Of a DNA stretch of 30,940 nt, positions 10,301 to 20,700 are shown in pieces. The notes beneath the pieces were generated by a model. It was not told the origin of the DNA, made no database searches, and saw only the letters and a list, made by a program, of their open reading frames with translations. The translations under genes were made by a program, and so were the position numbers. Location: positions 1 through 30,940 of the IMG/VR virus record IMGVR_UViG_3300037586_003044; one strand, written 5' to 3'. Within the stretch, counting starts at the first letter, position 1; every line of letters begins with the position of its first letter. Origin of the DNA: a virus. Lineage: Duplodnaviria; Caudoviricetes.

Positions 10301-10505
10301 TAGGGAGCAGAAGCGTACAGCGAAGGCGGGGGAGGGAGAGCTGCTCAGCGAAGAGGCTCAAGTCACGCCAGGGGAGCCTCTCGTTCCCACACGCTTTGCC
10401 AAATTCATGGATCGCCTTGACGGTCTCCCTCGTCCCAAGAAGAAAAAGAAGGAAGGGGAGACGGTAGAGGAAGAGACCGAGCAAGTCGTGGCGGGGAGGC
10501 AGTAA
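7371..10505 (+). CDS. Putative internal virion / ejection protein (1044 aa) with helical N-half and acidic Pro/Glu-rich C-half
   Basis: GGGAG RBS and long ORF. Stop overlaps the next start (TAATG). Function inferred from synteny only. Confidence 0.55.
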   Translation: MSFWDDYMLIHGWSARSASTPTSEAEHLKFEGVLVTQLANLEKGINTAFSHERIAQLKAGAKIRAERIRAETNLAKVDVTDRNGVRSAMARMHSALVRTQDDLQKSATHRNEVLISASVNAGRRGIGPGFDAFFNDKSGTAASPGSRLRTNETTATWETLIDRIGDDKVRITEDGGIEIAEGTGMGPGLIARIQDFHNHYQRLKQNQTTLLSDVRSDIAEVDAEMETVSRDVGDAEVAAALGRVRSIATRANNAIDESPVASGEMAAEELNEFYEKTKLQQTLMARLEDIQSTAGGDPKRALLKQFVGRDAAQQWAKDRGLSIGYVDDAGNYVAGRHDMRAAMQFGWEATRGVAEGGKQARYGVGMRRPTDEWVRVTMGYSPEDQETFRHSDGGYVMRDGQPATEAELAERGLVPTFYRLGNSFTQPLGIVDPLFVDNEGRWYGVDDESGNYVQITDRRTAAFFDTEYYGTDDAGNPLYDNEPLAAKEPVVIRDSVTEKLRYMRPEEGANIAVVDESGRPLFVHEDIQADEAAQLVHRDNNLERLDTLPATREVRGRRMKMHGADLTKYGAGARRIRDELTGREEIVDINDPTVTYQVTAEEPLGVTGFPSSVKTERDVRVRTRRDEVRKRQEEAEAEVDVGVDVEDGGYVDVVDGVPQEDPLDEDAPAERPETWQRRALEKLFGVVRPESRFKGARTELEEDWEPPAEDFENLPLLPPPGTDIDIEDEAPPFGDELEASREDTLEDLQKLINAYNYSEATPIIKGAIKKALEDKVWPLDPGSDLAVAFAEIVRPVEEPEVAEPSAETEVAAVEEPAEEALPDLEPLSKTEKAELYGKPEAPPRARGWFGKVLGRKGMGEAEVSEDVSVPDYDPAQAEAFRQWVTHKHPDKKYETEEGLAWVPLPGGEENAEDPILQAAWADYGQEFKRHVAEKARLAMLASLEEPSTVSPDASEAPPPVPTPAETPSVTQRERPLTREQKRTAKAGEGELLSEEAQVTPGEPLVPTRFAKFMDRLDGLPRPKKKKKEGETVEEETEQVVAGRQ

Positions 10506-11776
10506 TGGGAACGGACCAGTATAAAGTGGCTCCTGCAGAATTCGTTGAGCCTTCTACGCTCGGAAAAAGCACAGCGGGACTGTCGGTGGAGTCAGCCGCT
10601 ACACCGGCCACCACCACACCAGCCGCAGGCACACCAGCCACCGGCACACCAGGCACCAAGACTCGAAAGGTCGAGCCGGAGGCTGTGGCTGCTGCGGCAG
10701 AGCCCGAGCTTACGATGGAGCCTACGCCGAAAGCTCTGGAGAAAGCTGCGAAAAAGCACAAAGATTACGAGGAAGGCCTTGTTCGTCTGGGGAAAATCAG
10801 AGAAGGCGTTAAGGCAGATCCGCTGTCTTCTTCGGTCCCAGAACTCGGGCGCAAGAAAGTCGAAGAAGAATACGGTAAAATCGTCAAGAAGTATGGTGAC
10901 GAGGGGCCTCTAGGGATTGCCTTTCCTCCGCTTGGAGAGCCGCCTGAATCTATCGTCAAGGCTGGTGAGCCGCCAGAGGTGGTGGCGGGTAGCGCTGCAA
11001 CACGTCTTTTCGCAGGCTACGGCGATTACGCAGCTCCCGCAAAAATGGAGGAAGCCGATGACACTTGGCTCGATGCTGACTGGGCGTATCAAGATTTTGG
11101 GAAGCTGGGAGAGACGTTTGACTGGGTGTCCGTTCCGCTTGCAACGAAATATCAAATCGCCGTGAATGATCGCGCTGAGTCTTTGATCACGGTGCTTGAT
11201 CGGATGAGCCGCGCTTCTGGATATGCGACAAATCCTCGATATGCCTCAACAGATCAGATTGAAGAGTTCAAGCAGCGCAGGGCTGCTCTTGAAAGAGAGT
11301 TGGGTAGGCTTCGTAGAAATTCTGAGTCTGCAGAGCAGTTTCTCGAGCACATGAGGAAAAACGCAGAGAGAGCAGGTTTGACCAAGCAGTATGAGAGCGT
11401 GCGTAAGTCGCTGGCACAACCCGAAATCGCGTCGACAGCAACACCTACGGGAGCGCTTGAGGAGGCACCAAAGGCGGAGCAGGTACCTCCCGCGAAGTCG
11501 GCGGCACAGATTTGGACCGCGGTAGAAGGAAAGGGCGCAGACAGTGTGCCGTTGTTGCGCGCGCTTTCCGGGGACCCGGAAAGACTACGCGATATTGCTC
11601 GTGTTTACGAGACTGCGTATGGAGAGTCTCTGGTTGATCGCATTCAAGCAGAGCATGCCGAAGCTACGTACCTCAAGTCGACAGGGGCTGAGCCTCGATA
11701 CTGGGGAGAAGATCCTGTTCCCGTTGAGGCTTTGGGCAAGATCCTTGCCCTGTTGAGTGACGCAGGGGTTTCGTAG
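10505..11776 (+). CDS. Putative ejection protein with C-terminal annexin-like repeat (423 aa)
   Basis: Coupled to both neighbours (TAATG, TAGTG). Segment AAQIWTAVEGKGADSVPLLRALSGDPERLRDIARVYETAYGESLVDRIQAE resembles an annexin repeat. Confidence 0.6.
   Translation: MGTDQYKVAPAEFVEPSTLGKSTAGLSVESAATPATTTPAAGTPATGTPGTKTRKVEPEAVAAAAEPELTMEPTPKALEKAAKKHKDYEEGLVRLGKIREGVKADPLSSSVPELGRKKVEEEYGKIVKKYGDEGPLGIAFPPLGEPPESIVKAGEPPEVVAGSAATRLFAGYGDYAAPAKMEEADDTWLDADWAYQDFGKLGETFDWVSVPLATKYQIAVNDRAESLITVLDRMSRASGYATNPRYASTDQIEEFKQRRAALERELGRLRRNSESAEQFLEHMRKNAERAGLTKQYESVRKSLAQPEIASTATPTGALEEAPKAEQVPPAKSAAQIWTAVEGKGADSVPLLRALSGDPERLRDIARVYETAYGESLVDRIQAEHAEATYLKSTGAEPRYWGEDPVPVEALGKILALLSDAGVS
10601..10657 (+). 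repeat. Imperfect 15-bp tandem repeat (nearly 4 units) encoding TPATT-TPAAG-TPATG-TPGT
   Basis: acaccggccaccacc / acaccagccgcaggc / acaccagccaccggc / acaccaggcacc. Confidence 0.8.
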
Positions 11777-14700
11777 TGGCTGAGCCGACGACGGAGACGC
11801 CAATCCGCGACATCCCCCCTGTCTCTGAGGAGGTCCTGGGGAAGATCGAGGAGTCGATGGAGCCCGAGATCGACCTCGATGTTGATCAGCTCATCAATAC
11901 GACGCTGAGAGCGCGGCAAGCGGCGGTTACGAGCCCTGAGTCGGCTCGGCGGCAAGAAGACGCCCTCTCGGAGGGAAAGGAAATCAGCTACCCGAAGAGC
12001 ATCGGCGCTGTGATCCCGTGGCACGCGAAGAGCCTCGGCCTATCGGAGGATGATCTCTGGCGGGCGGCGCGAAAGCAGGGTGTGCCCCTCGATGACCTGG
12101 TGGACCTCGTCGGTCGGAAGAACAAGACCCCCGAAGAGGCCAGGAAGATCGTAGCTGCTCGAGGCGTCACTGCGGTGATGCCCGAGGACATCCGGCACGT
12201 CAAGGAGAAGGGCAAGGTCATCCGTGAGGCAGCTGCCCAGAGAACGGCCATCAGAGAGGGAATCGACCTCAATACGGCTCGCCGCAGGTTCATGCCCAGC
12301 GCAGACGAGTATGTCATCAGCGAAGCCACAGGCGGTCTCATGGGGACCGAGGCCAAGGGTGCCGAGGACATCGCCCAAGCAGGCGAGTTCGGTCACACGA
12401 TGGCGCTCATCGAAGAGTCGAAGAAGGCGAAGTCCACAGACAAGGACATGCAGGATCTCATCGAGCTGAGAGAGACGCTCAGTGGAGACCTGCTCGGCTG
12501 GTCGAAGTACAAAGACCTCTACGTGAATCAGCGCATGCGCAACCTGGGCCTCTCCGAGCACGGCACCGAGTGGGAGAAGGAGAAGTCCAGATTCGAGAAG
12601 GCTGCGCTCAAGGACCTGGCGATGATGAAGACAGCGGGGCTCTGGACAGCTCCCATCTTCGTGCCGATTGGCTTCGACGAACAGGGCAGACTCAATCTAC
12701 CCTCGGCAGAGAACAAGTCGTGGAGTCAGGCGTTCATGCCCATCGTCGAGATCGTCGGCGTCAACAACGAAGGACAGGTCGTCCTGCGCCAGGAGAGTGG
12801 CCTGAAGTGGTTCTTCGAGCTGATGGACACCCCGGAGAAGTTGATTGCGGGGGCTGTCACGAAGAAGGAAACCGAGAGCCTTCTCGACGCGATGAAGCGT
12901 GCCGTTGCCGAGCGTAGGAACCTGTTCACGACCCTCGGGGAGTCCGAGGCAGCCAAGGTAGGGGGCAAGTGGACGTCGATACCGATGGGCTTGGTCGGGT
13001 TCGGCGCGTCTGTGTTGACACCAGATCTACTGCTGGGTGCTGTGGCTGTGTCAAAGCTCGGCAGCCGTATCCTCAAGTTCAAGGGCTCAGCGAAAGACGC
13101 GGCAGAGGCGGCGAGTGAGCTCGGAAAAGTCATCAAGAGCCTCTCTGATGGAGACCCGGAAGCGCTCAAGACAGCGGCAATGCTCGAGGCCAATCTCTTC
13201 AAGGACCCGAAGTATGGCGACACAGTCATGCGAGACGTCGATGCGATTGGGTCGGTGCTCGCGAGTACGGCGAACAATGACGACATCTTGTCAGTGGGAG
13301 CCAGGGCACTGAACGATCTGCTGCCTTCACGCCTTCAAGGTGAGTGGCTCCACGCACACCCAGCATCTCTTCGAGTGATCAAGACAACCGAAGAAGGCGA
13401 TGTGCTTACGCGCAGAGATCGGATCTTCGGATTTCACACCAAACGCGAAAAGTTGGAGTCCGCCAAGCAAGCGCTCAATAACCCGGCAACGCGCGCACAG
13501 CTACTCGATACAGCTTTTTTGAAGTCGCTCAAGGAAGCCGACTATGCAAAGGGGCTCGGTGAGGCCACTGCGGCGAAGCTCAAGGCGATTCTCGTCGGTG
13601 GCCCGAAGCCCGGTCTGATGGCGGACTTTCTCACGGACGCCGAGAAGGCAAAGAAGGCGATTGTCGAGCGGCTCAAGCTGAAGGACGCAAAAGAGGTGGT
13701 GGCTCTTGAGAAGCGACTCGATGATCTTGCTGCCAAGGCAGGCGCCTTCGCCGTAGACGAGGACAACTACGTTGCGGTCGGCAAGCTGTTGTCCAGGGTG
13801 GAGGACGCGCTCGACCTGAACATCGAGATTCGGGCAGGCGCGCACCTCATGGCGCGGAAGCTGCTCATGGACAAGTTCAATCTCGAGTACACCGAGATTG
13901 CGTCGAACATCTACAAGAAGTTCCAGCACTACTTCGAGGTCTCTCCCGAAGGCCACCAGTTCTCGCGGATTCTACAGAAGAACTTCAAGGTCAGCCCTGA
14001 GAGAGCCGACCAGTTTGCGCGCATACTCGACGCGAGAGCCGGGATGTGGCAGCGGAAGAACGGGCTGCCCAAGTCGGACTGGTGGAACACCCGGTTCCGT
14101 TTCAAAGAGGCAGAAGCGACCAAGAAGCCAGGTGCGCCTGAACCACCTCCCGCAACACCGCCTGTTGCTCCCGTATCACCTACCGCTCCCATAGTGCCCC
14201 CACAACTCTCTGGAGCGCCCCCACGACAGGCTCTCCCTGTGGTTGCTGCGAGAGAGTTGCCGACAGGACCAGATGGTCAGGCGCTCAAGTTTGGGTCGCC
14301 CCGTGCTCGCATGGATGGACTGGAGCCGACTGTCCTGTGGGACCACATCGGTGGAATGAAGAAGGCCGAAGACGTAGTCGAGTGGCTCACCAAGTACGGT
14401 GAGCTCGATGTCACGCGAGAACTCTGCAAGCGGATCAAGGGCCTCATCTCGAAGGACATCAACTTCAAGATCACGTCGAGCCAGAGGGAGAGAGAGCTTC
14501 TGAAGCTTGACAAGCTCGGCTCTTATGACGCGAACGGCATAAAGATTTCAGGCGCAGGCTGGACCGATACGGGGCTCACAGAGCAGACTCTTGTACACGA
14601 GTTAATCCACGCTGCCACGTCCGCTGCGTTGCAGGCTGGTAAAAGAGAGTTCAAGGAAGGCGGTAACTGGGCTAGACGAGCACGCGCCGTAGCCTATAAT

Positions 14701-17700
14701 GACCTGGATCGTCTCGCCGCCGAGGTCGTAGAGTACGCAAAGAACCAGCTCAAGAAGCCGGATCTCCCGTCGAGCCAAAAAGCTCTCTTCGAGCACATAG
14801 CAGACAAGTCTGTCCTGGGCGGGCCTCGTCGCGCCGAAGAGATCATCGCCTACACGTTGACGGATCCAGAGTTTGCAGAGGCTCTGCGGGTCATTCCGGT
14901 CGAGGCGCGTGGTGTAAAGCATGCGCTCACTCGGTTCGTCGAAATCATCGGAGACCTGCTGGGCTTGACCAAGGCAGACGAGCAAAATGCCCTGGCCTGG
15001 GTCATCGAGTACTCGGAGCGCACATTCAAGGCAGCCAAGACGCGCTTCCCCAAAGAGCTTGGAGAACAACCACTACCAGTCAGGCCCCCAGAGCCGACAC
15101 TGCCTCCGGTACAGCCAACGCTTGAGCCCGCACCACCAGTGCGGCCAACGCCCCCGGTGCGGCCTATAGACGAGCCGACTCCAGTTGCTGTGACTGAGGC
15201 ACCGGTAGCGCCTGTAGTCAAGCCGCTTCCAGAGGCTGCTGCAGTTGAGCAAGGCCCGGTGCTCTACGCCTGGACTGATGGCGAGACGACCGTTCATAAC
15301 TTGACCCGCAGCGAAATGGCTGAAAAGGTTCGGGCGAATACTTCCGGCTTCAACTCGGTGTGGAGTCCGGGCTTCGATAATTGGAAGCCTGCTGAGAAAA
15401 TACTTGATCAAACAAAAGATGAAGTAAGTGTTCTTGTCAAAGCTGAGCCCGAGCCGACTGCTCCTCCAGTCAAGTCGACACAAGAGCCCGTGCTCAACAA
15501 AGAGGGCGTTGCTGTTGACTGGACTTTTGACGGCCAGCTACCGGGGGTTGATCGCGATGCCGGATTGAAGTTGGGCGAGAGAGACCTGACTACAGATCCG
15601 TTTGAGTGGAAGGGAGTCAAAGGAGAGACAGACGCAAACCACTTTAGAACCGAGGCGTATCTCCCAGACGACTGGAACTATCCGGGCTCGGACAACTTCA
15701 AGGTTGTAGATGATGCTCTGAATAATATCGGTGACTCTAGCGCATGGATAGAGAGGCTCAGAGAGAAGGTGTTGACCTTCCCTGACGACGTATCCTTCAG
15801 ACTTGTATGGAGGGGAATAGACAAGATTGTCGAGAAAGCGGAAGGGTCTGTTCTTGAAGAAGTAAAGGCTCTTGAAAGGCTGATGCATGGACGCAGTCGT
15901 TATGTCATACAGCGAATAGAAGCAGGCCAAGGTCCTCCCCCACTTCTCACACAGCCAGGCGCACGGCGCCGTTACATATACGAGCCGCCTCTGCTCTCGA
16001 TCCCGCGCAAGGTCGATGAAGACATACCGACCTACTACTCCGAGCTGGAGGAGGTCATTGAGGGACTCAATGATGTGTACAAGGCTCAGCCTGCGACAAG
16101 GACGAGAGCCGTCAGCGAAGCCACTCCGATTCTTTACACAAAGAAGTCGAAGGCTGTCCAGCGCGGAGAAGCCAAGGTGGGTGACCCAGTCATCGATCCA
16201 ACGACGGGTAAGCCTCGACTTCATCACACCTATGAAAGCGTAGAGGTACCTCCCCGGTCGATCAAGGAAGTCATACTCGAAGCTGTGAGGAAAAGTGCCA
16301 CGCAAGAAGAGATCGAGTGGACCAATATCGAGCAGTTCATCGACGATGCCGTGGCACAGGGCAAGACGTCGATCACCAAGAAAGAGATACTCGACCACCT
16401 GAAGAACAACCGCGTCGTCGTAGACGAGGTGTTGGCAGGTGTCATGCCTCCGCGTGTGAGGGCTGTGCAGAGGGCTGTTGATGAGGCGTACGCTCCTGTT
16501 GAGCCAATGGTTCGCGACTTTATAGACACCATGACGAGTAAGGGGTTCCTGGTCGAGAACACCTTGGCTCACATGGTGAAGGATAATCCAGATAAGATTT
16601 TTGGTGCTTTCGAGTCCTCCGTTGCTGGATTAATCCGTTCCGCTAAGATGGCTGCGATTAGAGCAGGATCCAAGGATTTGAGCACTAATGCTAAAAAGGT
16701 CCTGACTCTGTTTGAATCTGGCAAGGCTGATTTGTTTCGCAATCCTATGGGGTACAACCGTAAACAACGGATGGCAGATATTAATGAGGCTTACCGCATC
16801 GTAGACTCGACAATCGCAGACGCCGCCACTACTGGAGTCAAGCTGTCTGAAGCTGACCAGCGTTTTTACACGTCTCTGAAAGAGGGGAGAGTAGAAGTAG
16901 ACCGCCTGAAGCGTGCGGCATATCATGCCGAAGAGTTGAAGCGCTCAGACGCTTTCATGGATTTCGAGTCCGTCAAGGGTAACCTCGATTTACTGGTAAA
17001 GGAGCAGAAAATCCCACGCACCAAGTGGGGCACCTACACCCTTGGTGGGTACGGTGACGAGGCGGGATCGAACTACCGCGAAGTGTTGATCACTCGTCCG
17101 ATGAAGTCGCAGAAGATCCTCGACGATCCCGATGTTCAGCGCCTTTGGTATGGATGGAACGCTTCAGACACACGGCGTAGCGTACCTGACTATGATGAGG
17201 TCTGGGATCGTGTTTGGGACCGCTACGACGCGCATGGCACATCGGTTGGCGACTGGTTCAAAAGCCTTCGCAAAGACGAGTTCGGCAGCGCGCAAGGCTC
17301 TCACTGGGACACCCCCAACGTCTTGGTTCATATCCGCGCGACTGACCGAGTAGACGAGGCAGGCCGGAAGATCCTCTTCGTCGAAGAGATCCAGTCCGAC
17401 TGGCACCAGAAGGGCCGGCAGGCTGGATACTCCGCCGAGGAGAACGAGCGGTTGGTGGAGAAACACCAAGATGAGCTGCGTCGAGTTAAGGATGAGTGGG
17501 ATGCTTGGGACACAAATGAGGGGCCACGGGCTCCACATAGGCGTTGGGGTGGCGAGGAGATGTCCGAGCTCCATGCTGCGGAGCCTGATGTAGGTGCTGT
17601 GCAGGATCGATTACGTGCAGCGCAACAAGGCCCGATGCCCGACGCACCCTTCAAGGACACCAAGGCCTGGACGGCTCTCGCGGTCAAGAACATCCTGCGC

Positions 17701-20700
17701 AAGGCAGCGGACGAAGGCTACGACGGTGTGGCGTTCACGAGAGGCGACCTCGCTAGTGGCTACGTCAGCATGCCCGAGAAATCCGCCAGAGAGTTCTACG
17801 ACACGATCCTGCCCAGCGTGGTGAAGAATCGTACGAAGGTGCCTCTCGAGACAGTGACCATCGAGGGTTACCAAGTACCCTTCGTAGACCTGACGCCGAA
17901 GGTCAGGGCCAAGGTCGAGAGGCCCGCTCCGCTCTTTGCTACGCCACGGGACGAAGTCGTCGAGGACATCATCCAATTTGAAAGCGACGGTAGGGTGATT
18001 CTCGAAGCCTTTGAGGGAGCCACGTTCAGAGACGCGGTCCGTGGCATCTCGCGGGTGCTCGTCCGAGACCTGGAGGAGAACGATATCGACACCTTGCTGG
18101 GCTGGCTGAAGACGACCGACCCAGAGATGGCGAGCCTGGTTCGCAAGGGCACACGCATCGTCGGAGACACCGATGACATCACCAAGCGAGCGGAAGAGAT
18201 CCTCGCCGATGCATTCGAGGATTATCTCCGGTCGGGTACTGCTCCTACAGCGAACATCACCAAGGCGTTCACCGCGCTCAAGAACTACGTCGTCGGAGTC
18301 TACGCGAAGCTGTCGGGCGACTCTGGTGTCCGCATCAACGACGATGTCCGGAGCGTGTTCAATCGTCTACTGCAGGAGCCCGCGACCGAGGAGCAGGCGT
18401 TCTCTCGATTGCTGCGCAACACCAGGGAAGAGAAGCTACGTGAGGCAGGCGACACCGTTGATGTACTTCGTGAGATTCAGAAGGAGATCAACCGTCTCGG
18501 TGGTGCGCCCCGCAGTGTCAATGAGCTGGCAAAGGAACTCGAGACCACAGGAAAGCTCGTCATCGACAAGCCCATCATGTTCAACCGAATCGGGGAGGAA
18601 ACGGGTATCGGCATAGCAAAAGATGGTGTCGTCACCCTGACGAAGAAGGACGTCAGTAAGCTTCAACAGCAGATTTACGAGGAGCTCGTGCAGGCGAGAA
18701 ACCCTGCCAGCCTCGCTCCAGCCCCCTGGACTCGTCGAGGACACGTCACCGAGGAGTCTGCTGCTGAGATCGTACGCTCATTCTTTCAAGATGACATCGG
18801 GCAGGGCACGACACTCACCAAGTTGGTGACCTATTACATCTTCGGCGGAGACGCTTATGCGAACCTCCGTGTGTTCCCTCCCCCGGTTCGACGCAGCATC
18901 GAAGGCGCTACTCGCCCTGTCCAGCAAGCCATTGGTGACCTGGTCACTCTGGCGAAAGACGGCGACTACGATAACTTCATCAAGTATTTGACGGGTAAGT
19001 CTGTCTCGTTCAAGTCTGGTCGCCCTGTCACTTCATCAAGCATCAACTACTGGGGCGACTCACAGGACTTGGTCAAGCAGCTCTTCAAAACCCTTGACTC
19101 TAAACTGCAGGCGCGTATCTCGAAAGGGCTCCTCTACCGCATAACTCGAGAGCCTGGCTTGGTCCTCGCTCCGACTGACAAGCTTGATGAGATTGCTTCT
19201 AAATTAGTAGTAAGGTTCGGCGAAGACGTTCCTGTAGAAGCCGTAGACGACATGGGGGAAATTCTTAATGCGTTCCGCCAGAGTGATTTCGGAAAATCCA
19301 TACTGCTTGCGCTACACAGTGGAGGTCGCCAGGACAACGTAAAGGCTTTGTCGATTATCGAGTCGTTGTTGTTTCATGCGGGAATTACAGCGCGCCAGGG
19401 GAAGTCCGCGAGCAAAGTTGACTATGACGACGTGCTCGGGCTCTTGAGGGAATGGGAAAATCCCATGGAGAGGTTCGACAGAGTGCTTCCCGCAGCTTTG
19501 AAGACAGAAGGGAAACCTACTGCGGTACACGGTCTCATGATGCTCGGCGGCTACGGGGCAGCCAAGAAGTCCATGGATGACATGGTGCGTGTGGGCGTTG
19601 TTGTACGAAAAGAGGTCGGTGAAGCTTTCACTGCGTGGCAAAACGGTATGGAGGTGTCTGAGAAAATAATGCCCGAGGTCATGGAGTACGCTCGGCGTAT
19701 CGGGCTCAACCCAGTGCTCATGGAGGCCACGGATCTCCTCGGCAAGAAGTCGTACCTGGCGCCCAAGGAGCTACTCAATCGAGTCAACATGGCGCTCAAG
19801 CGACTCGAGGTCGGTGCACGGGGGAGAGGAGAGTTGAAGGATATGCAAGATGCCGGGAATTTCTTCTACCGGTTCTTGAAGATCAGGATGACTCGAGGTG
19901 CCTACGTCCCCAGGACTCGGTACTTCATCATGAACACCTTTGACCACTTCACGCAGATGGGAATGACTGTAGGCTTCAGGCCTGCCTTCGCCAGCGTGAG
20001 TCGTATCGCTGCACAGAATCTACTGGCTCTTCCCCCTATTACTGGAGGCGTACACATACTTCAGAAGACAGGTGTGCTGTCTCCTGACCAGTTCGAGAAG
20101 ATCAGGCGCGGTCTGCAGAAGTACTCTGACAAGCTCAGCCAGACCATCAGCGGCACCAAGTGGCGGATAGACGTCAACTCTGTGCTCAAGGGAGACGACG
20201 AAGTCATTACACTCGCGCACGGGGGCACCACCAAGTACTACAACGCAGCAGAGCTTCGACGCATCGCTGTGGAAGAAGGCATCTTCGCCAGCTTCGACAC
20301 CCGCGCACTCGAGAGAGTTCTCAGGCAGGATATCGATAGCTTCTTCGATGCAGCTAAGAGAACGGACTCCAAGTTCGTTCAGTTCAATGACGACCTACTC
20401 GACATGACTGCGGACATCGCCGAGGCCTGGGCAGAGCGCGAGCGACTCGGCGCCATGATCACCCTGGTCGAGGCAGGCTACGACCCTCGCACGGCAGCAC
20501 GTCTCACCATTGATGCACTCTACGACTACGCAGGATCCATGTCTGGGTTCGACCGCAGCTGGTGGATCAACATGGTGCTTCCATTCTGGGCCTTCCAGAA
20601 GAACGCGAACAAGCACGTGTTCGACATGATGTTCAGCCCATGGGGAGCTTATCGTATGGGCGTCATTCGACGTGCCCAGGAGAGAGGCTCGGACGCACTG

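Noticed and set aside
10428-10455. PRPKKKKK as a nuclear localisation signal
   Set aside because: Low-complexity charged tail in a clearly bacteriophage context (Shine-Dalgarno sites, holin, PG-binding domain).
11872-11886. DLDVD as a virion RNA polymerase DxDxD catalytic motif
   Set aside because: It lies about 35 residues from the N-terminus in an acidic stretch, with no polymerase context visible anywhere in the protein.
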